From Heteronotia binoei (taxonomy: Eukaryota): DNA of 64,000 nt. The stretch is taken from positions 53,134,001-53,198,000 of the forward strand of contig NC_083236.1 of assembly GCF_032191835.1 (NCBI RefSeq), given 5' to 3'. This document shows positions 1 to 14,286 of this stretch, piece after piece (the stretch's first letter is position 1; every line of letters starts with the position of its first letter). The translations under genes were made by a program, and so were the position numbers. The notes below the pieces were generated by a model, which made no database searches, had not been told where the DNA came from, and saw nothing but the letters and a program-made list of their open reading frames with translations.

Positions 1-1185
1 TAGATTTGAACTGTTTCTGTGCCCTATATTAAGGTGCGCTTCTAACGACCCTTGTAAGACTATATAACCTGAGCCTGTGTTACTCTGTGCCACTTTTGAC
101 ACTGACTGTCTATCAGTGCCAATGTATCCTGCCTTACAATAAACACTTATCCACACATATGGAGAGTCATCTTTATTGAAGGAATTTGGGAACTTGACAG
201 GCACAGCCAGTCTAGGAGGCAATGGATCAGATCCAGATTAAATTGTACATTTCCACCCACATCCCCTTCCTGCTGCAGGACCATCGCTACCCCATGTTAT
301 TCTTCAGGGTCCCCTGAACTTATGAGCAGCCTTTCATGGCAATCCATGGGCTGTAATCAGGCAGAAAAGTTCTCTGTTTGCTGAGGATCCAGCCCAAAGC
401 AGGTGGCTGTGCTGAGTGGAAGAATGACATAAGTGAGTGGAAGAATGGCAGCGGCCCATAGATGCTGGAAGATCATTCTGCCCAATTCAATAAGTAATTT
501 GTCGTCTTTTCTGGTCTCTTTCCCTTCGAATATCAGAATAACAAAAGGTATTAACAGTTACTGAGTAATTACGCAGCTACTATCTGAGTAATTAACTGAT
601 AATCTGAGAATAAGCATGCTGAATGAGAGCAAGCTCAGATGAATCATGCACCCACCCACTGTTCTTCATGGAGGAGTATTTAACTGGGGGCTGGGGCAAT
701 ATTCTGTTCACAAAATAGGTATTTTTTATAGGTCTCAGGGACGTGTTGATCAAAAATGCCTTGACATCTAGGCTGCTTACTCTAGAAACTATCCTAAGGA
801 GTCTTTTGAAGCAAGGTATATTCCATGGCTCCAAGGAGTTTGAAGGGAGTGAGACGGGCATTTAATCCCTTTCCTCTTCCTTCTCAACTCCCTTTCCTGT
901 TTGCACTGTAGAAAACAGAGGCCAGAAAAACAGGATGGCGTGTGGGTTGCCATGATGGTGCAAGGGAGTGCTGTGCACCTAATCCATTCACTGTGGAGTG
1001 GAGGCAGCAGCTCTGTTGTACAGACAGAGCTTTGTTTTGAGCGAAGTGCTCGATTCTCATCTGTTTGCTAAAGTTCTCCATGAGTTATAAGGCTGTGAAC
1101 ATAACTTTCCCTGATAAGATAGGCCCTGCTTGCACAGAACACTGTTTGTACTCTCTTCAAAGTTATCTTTCGTTGTCAAGGTTTC

Positions 1186-1864
1186 ATTCCCTTGTGCAGC
1201 CTCATTTGGAGTACTGTGTACAATTCTGGTCACCACACCTCAAAAATGATATTGTAGCATTGAAAAAAGTGCAGAAAAGGGCAGCTAGAATGATTAAAGG
1301 GTTGGAACCCTTTCCCTCTGAAGAAAGGTTAAAGCGCTTGGGGCTCTTTAGTTTGGAGAAATGGCAACTGAGGGGTGACATGATAGATGTTTACAAGATT
1401 ATGCAAGGGATAGAGAAGGAAGAAAAAGAAGCATTTTTCTCCCTTTCTCACAATACAAGAACTCATGGGCACTCTATGAAATTGCTCAGCAGTCAGGTTA
1501 GAACAGATAAAAGGAAGTACTTCTTCACCCTAAGAGTGATTAGCACGTGGAATTCGCTGCCACAGGAGGTGGCGGCAGCTACAAGCATAGACAGCTTCAA
1601 GAGGGGATTGGATAAACATATGGAGCAGAGGTCCATCAGTGGCTATTAGCCACTAGGTATGCATGGAACACTATTTCTGGGGCAAGTGATGCTCTGTATT
1701 CTTGCTGCTTGTGGGGGGCGGGGAACAGAGGGAGGGCTTCTAGTGTCCTGGCCCCACTGGTGGACTGCCTGATGGCACCTGGTTTTTCTGGCCACTGTGT
1801 GACACAGAGTGTTGGACTGGATGGGCCATTGGCCTGATCCAACGTGGCATGTCTTATATTCTTA
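1186..1864 (+). mobile_element. CR1 LINE 3' fragment (ORF2 C-terminus + 3' UTR)
   Basis: LVQPHLEYCVQFWSPHLK...KVQKRAARMIKGLE...RGDMIDVYKIM...WNSLPQEV...SFKRGLDKHM is typical CR1 ORF2; ends in a cttatattctta tail. Confidence 0.93.
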
Positions 1865-4624
1865 CGTTAACTATAGTCACCCTTAATTAACTTAGTGCTT
1901 TTTGCCCAGAACTGCTTCCCAGAAACGCTGCACGCTGCCATCTCTTTCTTTTAAAGTCCACTTTTTCCACAGAACCTTTGGCTTAACCTTTTGGTTATCA
2001 CCCTCAGCTGAAATAAAACTAAACTAATGCTGTCTTCCTGTTGCTGTCACTGTATAAGGCCCTTCTGTGACTGGGTTTTAAAGTTTGACCAGTTTGACTA
2101 GATGCTTCCCTCACCTCATTGTGCCAAATATTTTCAGGTTGCCTGTTTGCTGATGTGTGATTGTGAAACATCTGCCTCTGTTACTCACAACAGACGCCTC
2201 CCCTACGCCTTTTTTCCGCATCAGTTACTGTGAGCATTGCAAATGCTTTGAGGCAGTGACTTCCTCTCTACCTGAGAACTCCATGAAGTACATGGAACAA
2301 CCTATGACTACGCACTTTGCAGCACCTCAGTGCAAAAGTTATATCCCTTTGCATTAAATTTTAGAACTATGTTTATTTATTTCAAACATTTGTTAGCCAC
2401 CTTTCCACTTTGTAGAACTCAAGGCGGCTTACAATATAAATGTAAAATCAATTGTAAGAACCAGAATTTAAAACCACGGTTTAAGGCTGCCACCAAGTGA
2501 ATCAAGTGCAGTCCTAAAGATGAATCGGCCGCCTCCTAAAGATTGCAAGTGAACAGGCCAGGCACACCTCCTGGAGGAAGTTTATGCATAATCATGGTGC
2601 TGCTGCTGAAAAGGCCCTCTCGTGTACCCACCAAATTAGCTTCTTTGACTGAAGGGACAGTCAGGAGGGCTTCACCATGTGATCTTATTTCCCAGGTAGG
2701 AAAATGCAGGAAAAGATGCTCCTTCAAATATCCCGGTCCCAGGTTGGTTTGTCAGCCTCCAGGTGGGGGCTTGCAATCTCCTATTACAGCTGGTCTGCAG
2801 ACAGCAGAAATAAATTTCCCTGGAGAAAAAATATGGCTGCTTTGGCAAGTGGGCTGTCTGGCTATGCCAGGGAGCCACACGTGACTCTTCCATACATATT
2901 GCGTAGCTCTCGAAGCCCCCCCCCCCCACTCCATTGAGCTGGTTTGGAGAAGGCATTTCTCTCTTTAAATCACTTCTCCACGCTAAGCCAGCCGGCAGCT
3001 TGGAGAATGCATTTAAAGTTGCTTTCTTTCCATCTCCCTCCACCCCATCTTCCTTCCTCCCTGCCTCCCTCCCTCCCTTGATATTCAGGCCTTGCAACTC
3101 TCAAACATCTGATGTTCATTCTGTGTGGCTGTTACTTTAAGCAAGTTTGGCTACCCCTGTGTTATGCCTTGCTGAGGTCCCTCCCCCATCCCAAAGCATG
3201 CCATCCCCAGCTTCCACCCCCCCCCCCAAGAAATCTCCAGGAATTTTCCAACCCATAGCTGGCAACCCTAGTTTTAAGCCGTGTAGGGCTTTGCATGGCC
3301 TTATGTAATGATCTAGTTTGTTAACCTTGTATGGTTAACTAAGCTTTTAACTAATGCATGAACACCCAGTGAAGCCATGAACTTAAATGGCCTGGCTTTT
3401 TTTTTTCCTTGCCAACTTCATTGTTCTGAGAGAACAGGTGACTAGCTCTGTTCTGAAATGGCTGGAACAAATGCAGTAACTCAGATGCATTTTGTGCCCT
3501 GTTTAGTTTAAGACGGGGTGAGGAACCTCTGTCCCGAGGGCCGTATACAGCCCTCGAGGTCACTTGGTGTGGCCCTCGGAGATTGCTGGGCCAAACTGAG
3601 CCATGTGATAGCCTCCCTGGGGCCTGGCTGGCCAGCGAGGATCGTGGGGCCCTGCTACACTGTGCAGCAACCTCCCCAGGGCCAGGCAGGGATTATAGGG
3701 TCTAGATGTACTGTGCAGCAGCCTCCCTGGGGCGTGGCCGACTGGCCAGAATTACTGCAGGGCCTGGAAAAGTTACTGTCACAGTTCAGTTTGCACTTGA
3801 TTATCCCAGATGGTGTGGCCTAATATGCTAATATTAGGGGATGTGGTCTAATATGCTACTGAGTTCCTGCTGGGCTTTTTCTGCAAAAAAGCCCTGGACC
3901 TCTGCATTTGCCTAGGGCAGCAGGCCGTGTGTGTGTGTGTGCCAGATTAGACTTTCCCCACATGACTTCAAAATAGAAAAACAATTATTTGCATTAATTT
4001 TGCTAGCCTGAATTATTCTCCCTCGGCTGCGCACTGTTTTTTAAGGTGATAGTTTTTTATGGCCCGCGAATGATGTTATAAATATCCATATGGCCCTTGG
4101 CAGAAAAAAGTCCCCCCCCCCCCTAGTTTAAGACTTAGTGTCAGGCAAGTGTAAAAAGCCTTTGTTTTATTAGCATGGATGGCTTTTGCTATTTTAATCC
4201 TTCTGCTTTTTGCCGTTCCACTACAATAAATACTCTTTAACTTCCTGACGATACTTGTGTTCGGGTGGCAGCCCCAAGTGGGACTTGGGGATCCCCTGAA
4301 ATCACTGCTCATCTCCAGACTATGGAGATCAATTCCCTTGGAGAAAATGGATGCTTTGGAGGGTGAATGTGGCAATGTACACCACTGAGGTCCTTGTCCT
4401 CCTAAGGGTCCATCCCCAAATCTCCAGGAGTTTCTCAACCTAGATCTGGCAACCCTGCCACCCTCATCCCCCGCTGGTGGCCAGGGGTTAAGCTGGGAAC
4501 CCTAATTGCGTGCCTGGAATTTTCACTGGATGCTCACCGGCATACCTGTGTTTCTGCTCATGCTTAATAAAACTCAAATGACCATGAAATCCTTTGCTTC
4601 TTTTTATAAGAGGGTTCATCTGCC

Positions 4625-5135
4625 CCAACACACAGAGTGGTAAAGCTGCAGTACTGCAGTCCTAAGCTCTGCTCATGATCTGAGTTCTATCCCGGCAGAA
4701 GCTGGGTTCAGGTAGCCAGCTCAAGGTTGACTCAGCCTTCCATCCTTCCAAGGTTGGTAAAATGAGTACCCAGCTTGCTGGGGAAGAAGTGTAGAAGACT
4801 GGGGAAGGCAATGGCAAACCACCCCGTGAAAACGTTGTGAATTTCTTAGAACTAGCTGGTTACTCTGAATTTTGATAGACAGAAAAATCAAATGTTAATG
4901 ACTCAGAAACGATAGCGAATGGTATGGGTTATGCATTGGCTCATGCTGAGTTCTTTTCCAGATATGCTATAGTTGATTTTTATTTGATTTAATCAATCTG
5001 TGTTATGTTATGTATATCTGGTAAAAAATGTTAGAAAATTAAATAAAATGTGTTATTTTAAAAAAAGTTGTGAAAACAACATCACCCCAGAGTCGGAAGC
5101 GACTGGTGCTTGCAGCAGGGGGACTATCTTTTTTT
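4625..5135 (+). mobile_element. Sauria SINE (Squam1), interrupted by a 225-bp insertion
   Basis: gagtggtaaagctgcagtactgcag head; gttgactcagccttccatccttcc core; ggcaatggcaaaccacccc; BovB-like tail. Confidence 0.85.
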
Positions 5136-5785
5136 TTTATTATTAAAACTGATCAGCCATCTTCAGAGATCTTTGGGTCATAAGGTATCAGCGGCAAATG
5201 TTACATTTTGGACTCTGCATGGCAGGGAGACAGATTGAGGGAGCGTGGAAGACGAGGAGGAAAAAACGCAGATCTTCTATTGCTTCTCAGCAGGAGCCTT
5301 CTGCCAAAATTCAGAATATAAGCATTTTTCTCCGTCAGGTGCCGTGCACATCTATAGCACTCAGCAACATTTTAAAAATATATATATTTGGTGTCAGATT
5401 CCCATGTGTTAATGTTATCATTAAATTAAGTGGGATAGTACCAGTCCTTGCCAATGAAGTTGTTTTTTTAAAAAAATACTGTGTTTGTACTCCTGGTACA
5501 CCAGATGTCCAAATGCAAAGCGATTAAAATGTGTGTGTATGTGTATGCGTATATACATTTTAATGGATGGCAGGTGACCTTTAAAGGTAATCTACTGAAA
5601 ATTGTAAAATAAAGCCTACTGTATCATAGTTTTTAGCCTCAGCTTGTTTGTTTTTAAAAGATCCTCCCAGCAAGAAGTAATCTGATGTACGAGTCAGTCT
5701 TCAGGGAAACTGAATTTTATTTCCAGAGTTATGAGCGTAACAGGCAACTTCCTCCCCCCTTCACTTTTTTCTTCTTTTTTTCCAG

Positions 5786-5849
5786 TTCTGTCGGGTTAGC
5801 AAAAGCCGCCCTAGAAGCAATTAATGGATTCAACCTCTTTGGCAATCAG
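5786..5849 (+). CDS. PHKB: PHKB coding exon (~human exon 8), (S)[21 protein letters not shown]
   Basis: Polypyrimidine tract + ccag acceptor (5785); 64 bp; cag|gtagta donor; peptide matches PHKB as I recall it; starts phase 2, ends phase 0. Confidence 0.97.
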
Positions 5850-7956
5850 GTAGTAAAAATATTTAAGTATTTGTTCATTCTCCGTTTTTAATTAACTGCT
5901 TCTTCTGCCGTAAATTGCTTTCATTGTAGATCAAAGGAGGTCTAATATCCGTATGGTAAAGTCTGTTCCATCTTCTTCTTCTTTTTTCTTTTTCTTTTCT
6001 TTTCTTTTTCTGGCAAAAGAAGGATAGCAAATTAGTTCTTGCTACTTTGGGTACAGGATTCATAGCCCATCAAGATCAGCTCCTTCCTCATTTCGTTGGG
6101 TGTAATTTTTCCTTCCAGCCATCTATTTTGCTCTTGTTTTAGAAGTGAAATGTCTAGGATTTTCCTGTGTTTTCTTTTAGTATCTTTGACCAACATTAAA
6201 CTGCACCAGCTGCTTTTATGAAAAGCCTCCTGACAGTTTCAGTTTTCAGTCTCTGACTCACATCATACTTTTATTAGGTGTGTTGTTTGTATGGGTTTTG
6301 TCACAGTGCCTCTCAGGTTGCCAGCAATGTTCTCTCTAAGCTGTGGAGCCTTGTGAGCAAGAATTCCACTTCATGAGCTACTGGCATTAAAGTTATGAGC
6401 TACTGCATGTCTGGGACCAAGACAAAAAATGTGTGAGCCAGAGGCTAAAAAACTGTGAGCTACCTCAAACTAACTCAACTTAGAGGGAACACTAGTTGCC
6501 AGCCTCCAGGTGGGACCTGGAGATCTCTTGGAATTACATCTGATCTCCAGATGGCAGAGATCTGTTCCCCTGAAGAAAATGGCTCCTTTGGAGGGTGGAC
6601 TCTGCGGTATCATATCCCACTTAGCTCCCTCCCCTCCTGAAACCACACCTTCCTGAGGCTCTACCAAATCTCCAAGAATTTCCCAACCCACAGTTGGCAA
6701 CCCTAAGCTCCTCACCCTGCCCTGTCCTCTGATAAATTGCTGTCCATTAAATAGCCAGACTTTCTATTCCAACATGTATGTTCTCCTCAAAAAGTATGGA
6801 TTTGACTCTTCTCTCTCCCACGTTAATGGAGATAAAAGTGTAAGAAAAAGGTTCAAATCCAGACATTCTTGTTCCTTTTATGCCCTCAGAGTCACTGTTG
6901 TGTGGTGTCTTTAGTGCTGGACCTAGGGCTGTACAGACTGGAGGGGAAACCCCCATTCAGCTATGAAGCTCAGTGAGATGACCTTGAAACTGTCATTCTC
7001 TCTCAGCCTAGCCTACTTCACAGGATTGTTGTGCCAATAAAGTGAGGGATGGGAGAACCAAAAATATGCCACCTTGAGCTCCTTGGAAGATGGACTGGTT
7101 AAAAAAACCTACAAAGATGGGTTTTGCGTGCCTCAGGTCAGCAGCTGGTTTTGTGGGAGGGCTTTTTTGAAGAAAAAGAAGAGGAGGAGGAATTGGATTT
7201 ATACGCTGACCTTCACTCAGAGGCTCAGAGCCTCTCTGAGTAACAGACACCTTGTGAGATAGGTGGGGCTGAGAGAGCTCTGAGAGAACTGTGACTGGCC
7301 CAAAGTCATCCAGCAGGTTTCATGGGGAGGAGGAGTGGGAAATCAAACCCATTTCTCCAGATTAGAGCCTGCAGCTCTTAACCACTACACCAAACTGGCT
7401 CTCTTTGAGGAGGGGAGATGTGCCAGGACCTGCCCCCACAGAGCCCAAAATGCACATTGCTCCATCAGAACCATTCATGTTTCTCTACCATCTCTGTTAA
7501 TTTGGAGTTGACAGAGGGCAAGCAGCATAAACTACCCAGGGTGTGTGAACTGATCTTTCCCTGCTTGCTCCTCTCCATCCCATATTTCCATAATGTTGTG
7601 TGTTTCTCCTAGAAGGCCTGGAAGCAGAACACTTTCCCCATCATGTCATTCACTTCTCTTCCCTTGAAAAAACCACCCTCAAGTCAACTGTTTAAACATG
7701 GCTTCTCTTCTCCAGTTTTTTAAAATTGTTACTAAAAACCAATGTGTTGACAGTGTCTTATCCCTGTTGAAGTCTGGTGTGAAATCATCGCTGGTTTTAT
7801 TTAAAATCACAAGAATAGAAAGCCAGACGCGATGGGAAGACAGCCCAGACATTTCACAGAAGCACAGAGCAAGGAATAAGTTGCATTTTTAAGAACTTGG
7901 TCCTTTAAAAGATTCAAAATGGCAGATGCCGCTTTGTGCGAAAATGTGGTCACCTT

Positions 7957-8164
7957 CAGTGTTTCCTCTAAGCTGAGTTAGCGTGAGCTGGCTCACAGAT
8001 ATTTAGCCTCCAGCTCACACCTTTTTGTCAGGAAGGACGACCCCAGAGCACAATATTTGTGCAGTAGCTCACAACTTTAATGCCAGTAGCTCACAACTTT
8101 AATGCCAGTAGGTCACAAAGTAGAATTTTTGCTCACAAGATTCCACAGCTTAGAGGGAACATTG
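7957..8164. mobile_element. hAT MITE with CAGTGTTCCCTCTAAGCTG termini
   Basis: Perfect TSD gtcacctt; other copies at 59520-59716 (ctgaccac/ctgattac), 60081-60297, ~6325-6500 and ~25950-26432. Confidence 0.8.
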
Positions 8165-8649
8165 GTCACCTTCCTTTGAGGCTACAGATGCCACTGTCCA
8201 GAGGACCATGCCACAAGGCAAAGCAGCACAATATCTGAGAGCTAATCTGTAAGCCTAAAGGGATTCCACTAACCTTTTAACAGAGCTCCTCAAGGTGAGC
8301 AGAAGGCAAAGTGTAAACACTAGCATAGGGGGAGGCTTCATCTTTTAATTAAACAATGTCTAAATCTGGGGGATTTGGAAACGTATGCATTTGAAAGTGC
8401 CTTCCGGTTGCCCTTGAAATACCAGAGCTTGGCCTCTTTTCAGTCTTGATGTTCCTGCTTTAAAGAGCAGGACTTCGACTGCCGTGTCATAGGGTGTTGT
8501 GTGCCCAGTTCATCCCAACACGACACTCGACGTGTGTTTGTTTTTAATTCGCCCTCCCCCTACTTTAAGCCACCCTTGGATGATTCTTGTAGCAGGGCAG
8601 GGCATAAATCTCATACATGTTAAATATAAAGATAGGTACATAGACTTGG

Positions 8650-8948
8650 CAGCCCCATGGCGCAGAGTGGTAAAGCTGCAGTACTGCAGTCCGAGCTCTC
8701 TGCTCACGACCTGAGTTCAGTCCTGGCCGAAGCTGGGTTCAGGTAGCCGGCTCAAGGTTGACTCCGTCTTCCATTCTTCCGAGGTCGGTAAAATGAGTAC
8801 CCAGCTTGCTGGGGGGGAAGTTTAGATGACTGGGGAAGGCAGTGGCAAACTACCCCATAAAATCTGCCATGAAAATGTTGTGATGCGATATCACCCCAGA
8901 GTTGGAAACGACTGGTGCTTTCACAGGGGACTACCTTTACTTTTTTAC
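8650..8948 (+). mobile_element. Sauria SINE (Squam1), full length
   Basis: Same consensus; further copies at 26020-26298 (-) and 45065-45350 (+). Confidence 0.88.
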
Positions 8949-9509
8949 CTAGACTTGATAGCATCTTACAGTCATTTGAAAATGTTTTTTTTTTCATAGA
9001 TACAGCTGTTTATCTGTGATTTGGAATTAGTACCTTAAAACCAACATCCCCGTTTTCCTCATCTGCAATAAATTTCAGTAGGTGAAGTTGCTTTAGAATG
9101 TTGCAGCAAAGACAAAAACAGTTTTGTGGCACCTTAAAGGCTAAAAGATCTATTAAGAGTGTGATTTTTCATAGTCCAGCATTCACTTTGTGCACCCAAT
9201 GAAGTCACCTTGTGAAGTGCTTTCTGTCTCATGAAAGTCTGTGCTGCAATAAAGCCATCAGTCTTCAAAGTTCCACAAGAATGGTGTTCACATTGGCAAC
9301 AATTTGCTATGAGCTTGGCCAGCAGCCAGGCCCACCCACTCTCTCCCTTCTCCATTGTGCATGGGCTCCAGACAGACCCCTGTTATAATTCCTGAGACAA
9401 TAACTTTAAGTTTTGAGCCCCTGTGCACGTGGATGCTCTCTAGGATTTACCAAAGTGATTGAGGGTGAATCTAGAGTAGGGGCTTAATGTAAGAGAAAAA
9501 ACGTCAGAT

Positions 9510-9797
9510 GGAGAGCCAGTTTGGTGTAGTGGTTAAGTGTGCGGACTCTTATCTGGGAGAACCGGGTTTGATTCCCCACTCCTCCACTTGCACCTGCTGG
9601 AATGGCCTTGGGTCAGCCATAGCTCTGGCAGAGGTTGTCCTTGAAAGGGCAGCTGCTGTGAGAGCCCTCTCAGCTCCACCCACCTCACAGGGTGTCTGTT
9701 GTGGGGGGAGAAGATATAGGAGATTGTAAGCCGCTCTGAGTCTCTGATTCAGAGAGAAAGACAGGGTATAAATCTGCAATTTTTCTTCTTCTTCTTT
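9510..9797 (+). mobile_element. tRNA/MIR-related SINE (Squam3-like), full length
   Basis: gagagccagtttggtgtagtggttaag head, ccgggtttgattccccactcc B-box, (ttc)n tail; other + copies at 24661-24934, 31629-31895, 46844-47132 and 47420-47640. Confidence 0.85.
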
Positions 9798-11966
9798 GAG
9801 AGCTGGAAGGAAGGAAGGAAAATAGACGGGGGAGGGACAGGTGGAAAGAAAACAGCTTTAAATGCATTCTCCAAGCCACCGGCTGGCTTGGCTTGGAGAA
9901 GTGATTGAAAGAGAGAAATGCCTCCTCCAAACCAGCTGATGGGGTGGTGGGGGCTTCGAGAGCCACATAATATGTATAAAAGAGCCACAGCTGAAAATTA
10001 TGTCATGTGATGCTTCCCCCCATTCCCCTCACTGCCTCATTGAGTGCTAGTTGGAGTGTTGGCGGGGGCTTCCCTGCCAAAGGCAGACATGTAGCAACTT
10101 TAAGACCCATATTCAAGTCCCTTCTTTGGCCTCAAGCTCATAAGGTGACCTTGGACCAGTCTGTCACCATCAGCCTCACCCACCTCATTCACAGGGTAGT
10201 TATGAGGGTAAAATCGAGGAAGGAAGAGTGCCATGTATGTTTCCCTGATCTCCTTGGGACAAGACTAGAATAAAAATTATTAACTAAATAAAGTTGTAGA
10301 GATGCCCTGCTTTCCCACGGTAAAAATATTGATTGTCCATACAGGAAACATTCACTTCCCCTCAGAAGCAAAAGAATAATCTCGCTATATTCTTTGGAAT
10401 TCATTTTTTAAAAAATGAGTCTGCTTTTTTTTTCACGCCTCCATGGTTCATAAATGCAACTAGAACACGCTTCTGGTTGTCCGGGCAACTGATCTGGGCC
10501 ACTTGGCCAGGGCAGTTTCTCAGGTGCCTCATGGTTGCCCCAGGAAGTGACCTAGGGTTCATTTGCATTGTTCAAGTGTTCAGCTGAAGGGCACTGTGAA
10601 CTGCCTTTATCCCAACATCCTGAAAATTACAGAAAGAAACCCTTTTAAATATGATCTGGCTGTAAGACCAACGTTCCACTTCTGCACTCACATTCTGCTT
10701 GTTAGGCATAGCTTCCACTTATTCTGTTTAGTACTTGGCAGAGATGCTCAGTTAACTTCTTAGAGCTTTTATCTGATAAGTTTGTAAAGAAAATAGAAAA
10801 AAATAGGTTTTGTTTTGAAATAAATACTGCTATTTTGCTAACGTACCAGAAGTTTACTGAGTACTAGTTTTTTTTTGCTTCTAGCCGGTTTCCTTGTCAA
10901 CCTTAGTTTCAGAAAATTTAACAATCCCTGAAGGTAGTTATTTCCTTAGACAGATCAAAAAAGCAACTTTTCCAGCCAGAGTTGTCACAGGAAACTCCTT
11001 CCTAATACCACTTACCAAACCCTTTATAGTCTCCAAGCCAAGATGGGGGGATTGGGGTGTTTTTTAAAAAAAAGGCCGGGAGGGGGGTGTTGTCAGGAAA
11101 TTACAGACCGGTTCTCCTTGCTGTTCATCCAGGCATTTCAGAGTTCCGGTTTTTTTGGAGGGTGGACCACATTAAATTCATTTTCCCCTCTCCAGAATCC
11201 AGCAGGCCTTATCTAACGTAGTAGGTGTTGGCAGAAGATCCTATTCATCTGTTTTATTTCACCAGCAACATGTAGGATTACATTCCTGATTCTGTCATGT
11301 ATTGTACACAGTGGAGTGCATTTGATGAAAAAGCGACTGTCCTGTTGACAGCTTGGGAAATGCATTAAAGATATTAACAAAGATGCCATTTTCATCTGCT
11401 TATTGGTACAATTGCCTAATCCTGTTATCTGCTACACTGTCCATTAAGCTATGAAACCTCCTCCCTTAGGAGGTACAACTGTCACTCTCTGCAAGCCTTC
11501 TGGTATATGCAAAAAAATCATTTTTTGTTTAGTTTAAAACGTTTTAATGATGGTTTATACGATTTTACTGATGACTGTGTTTTCCTGTGTTCACCGTGAG
11601 CCACCTTGCAAGTTTTTAGAAGTGTGTGGTGTATATGTAATAAATACCACATTAGTAAATAGGCCTCATTTTGGTCAGGAGCTCACAGGAGCAGAGCTCC
11701 AGAACCTCTAAATTTTATTGTGCTCTTTCTTTCTTAAACCCCCCCCCCCCCAAATTACTTGCTTCTGTGCTCCATTGTTCAAACCCCGTGAGAATTTGCT
11801 GAACTCTTTAGATTTGACAAACTTTCTAATATTTTTCCCCACAAAAAATGGGAAAAGAATCAAAACATAGCAAGCTGACAGATGGAAATCTTCATCATGC
11901 CACTGTGACCACATAGGATAAAGTAATTTAAAAAGCATGATGGGAGTAAGGTTTTATTATGGCAAT

Positions 11967-12065
11967 TTCAAGAAGCATTTTAAGGCAGATGCTCAGCTGA
12001 TATAATTTAGTCACCTTCAAGAAGCATTTTAAGGTAGATGATCAGCTGATATAATTTAGTACACC
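11967..12065. repeat. 49-bp tandem duplication
   Basis: ttcaagaagcattttaagg(c/t)agatg...gatataatttagt starts at 11967 and 12016. Confidence 0.85.
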
Positions 12066-13081
12066 TTCCGGTGATGTCAGGGATGTGTGACATATGCAAA
12101 TAAGTTGTGCTAATGAACTCCAGTGCCTCTTTTTCTACAAAATACCTAGTTATGCATGAGAATGTGGTCACCAGAAATCTTGGCTGTTATCTCTGTCCGT
12201 CCAGCATGGGACCTTGCTTTGGAACAACCAGAAATGTCTCTGTTGCCTTTCTGAAGGGTCCTCGTCCCTCAAGCGATGTGGATCATCTGCTAGTAATGAC
12301 CTTGCGCTGCTGATTGATATTTGACTTGCATTGCAATTTTCCTGCAGGTTCTTATGGGGTTCCTCACAGAAATGATTTTCTAAACATGTCAAGTTCACAG
12401 ATCTTTGTGGTCTTCTTGCATCACACCTATGAGATATAGGACTCCTGCGCCAATCGAGAAAGGAAGCCCCAGCCCTCAGTTTGTAAGCACTGAGCAAGGC
12501 TGTTAATGATAGGATCTTTTGGAGGCCATTATTTCATAGGATTGCCATAAGTTGGAAGTAGAGCTGCCAGGTCCTGCCTGGCTGCTGGCGGGGGGGGGGG
12601 GGGGGGGGATCCTGGTTCCTTTCTGGGATCGTCAGTGTGCGTGGCGCAATGACATCACGCAGAAGTGATGCCATCATATCACCGATGTCAGAGGGGTGAT
12701 GCTCTAGTTTTTGTGCAAAACTTGGCCAAAAACTAGAGCATTACTGTGCAATGTCACCAATTATGTTGATGTCACTTCCTGGTGACATCATCATGTCGCC
12801 TTTCAGGCCAGTTGAGGATGGGATTTCCCGCCATCAGCCAATCCCCTGCCCCAGCAAGGTTCTAGTAACCCCGAGTCACTTGGAAGTGACTTGATGGCAC
12901 GTAATACACTCAATATGACATGTATTTGTCCTGGAAATGTAATTGTTTTTAAATAATTGGTTTATGGTTGCAAGTTATAAATCTTGATGTCCTAGGAAGC
13001 CATTCATTTTATCAGTATTTTTTATTCCAGGCCTTTTTGTATATTCCCTCCATATTGTGGATTGTTCTGTTCCCTTTACAG

Positions 13082-13177
13082 GGCTGCTCCTGGTCTGTCA
13101 TATTTGTAGATCTTGATGCCCACAATCGGAACAGGCAGACTCTTTGTTCATTGCTTCCCCGAGAATCCCGATCTCAC
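13082..13177 (+). CDS. PHKB: PHKB coding exon, [32 protein letters not shown]
   Basis: ttccctttacag acceptor, 96 bp, cac|gtaagt donor; phase 0-0; recognisable PHKB peptide. Confidence 0.98.
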
Positions 13178-14286
13178 GTAAGTAATATTTGATGAAATTG
13201 AGTTTAACAGGACAGAGCGGGAATTAGCTTGAATATAGTTCTTAGCTGTATTGCAATTTTAATATCCTGTTTAATAAAGGGTCTGAAGTTGTTTGGTTAG
13301 GGAACAATTAGAATTTGTTCTTTAAATATTACTACACGGGAGAGACTGTTCTAGAAGCTAATTATTGTGATAGATGTGTCTTCCGTAACTGTGGTCAGGA
13401 TGAAATCCTTTTATACAGCAGGTCTGGACAATAGAGATTTTTCCTCTGAGTTATAAGTATGATAGATACTTACTCAAAGCGTGCCTTAAGGCAGCCTAGG
13501 CGAGACACAAGGTTTTCATAACAACACTCCTTAAAATTTTCTTGCTGTAACAAAAAAGCACCCAGGGTACTAAAAGCCCACCAACAACCCAGAAATCTAT
13601 ACTTTTAACTGTAGGGTTAGTTTTTCATCCCACCCAATAATATATTTATTTATTTATTGCCAAGGCTTTTTTTGTAGCAGGAACTCCTTTGCATATTAGG
13701 ATACGCCCACCTGATGTAGCCAATCCTCCAAGAGCTTACAGTAGGCCCTGTAAGAAGAGCCCTGTAAGGATTGGCTGCATCAGGGGGGTGTAGCCTAATA
13801 TGCAAAGCAGTTTCTTCTACAAAAAAAGCCCTGCTTATTGCCATCAAGTCACAGCTGACTTATGGTGACCCCATGGGGTTTTGAAGGCAAAAGATGTTCA
13901 GAAGTGGTTTGCCTTTGCCTGCCCCTGTTTTCCAATCCTGGTACTCCTTGGTGGTCAGGCCTGACTCTGCTTAGCTTCTGAGATCTAATGAGATCAGGAT
14001 AGCCTGGGCTATCTACTCAAGGCAACCCATGATTAGGGGTAGGAAAAAGTTCTTCATGAGTTTGTTCTCTCCATAAAACACTTCACCACAAAAGCCTTTT
14101 GCAGTGCCCTGGAGAGAGGTAGCCCTTTGTGGAAGCTGATGACCCTTCCTGAATATATTTACCTCACATCAGAGATATATTCTTGGGTAGAAAACAAATG
14201 CCAGATGCAAAGAAAAAGAAAAGAAAGAAATTATTCTTTTTTGATATTCTTATATGCTTTCCTTTATAATTAATGAAAGTTTGTGG

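Noticed and set aside
1065-1649. 194-aa ORF as a host gene
   Set aside because: It is the C-terminus of CR1 ORF2 in a 5'-truncated copy.
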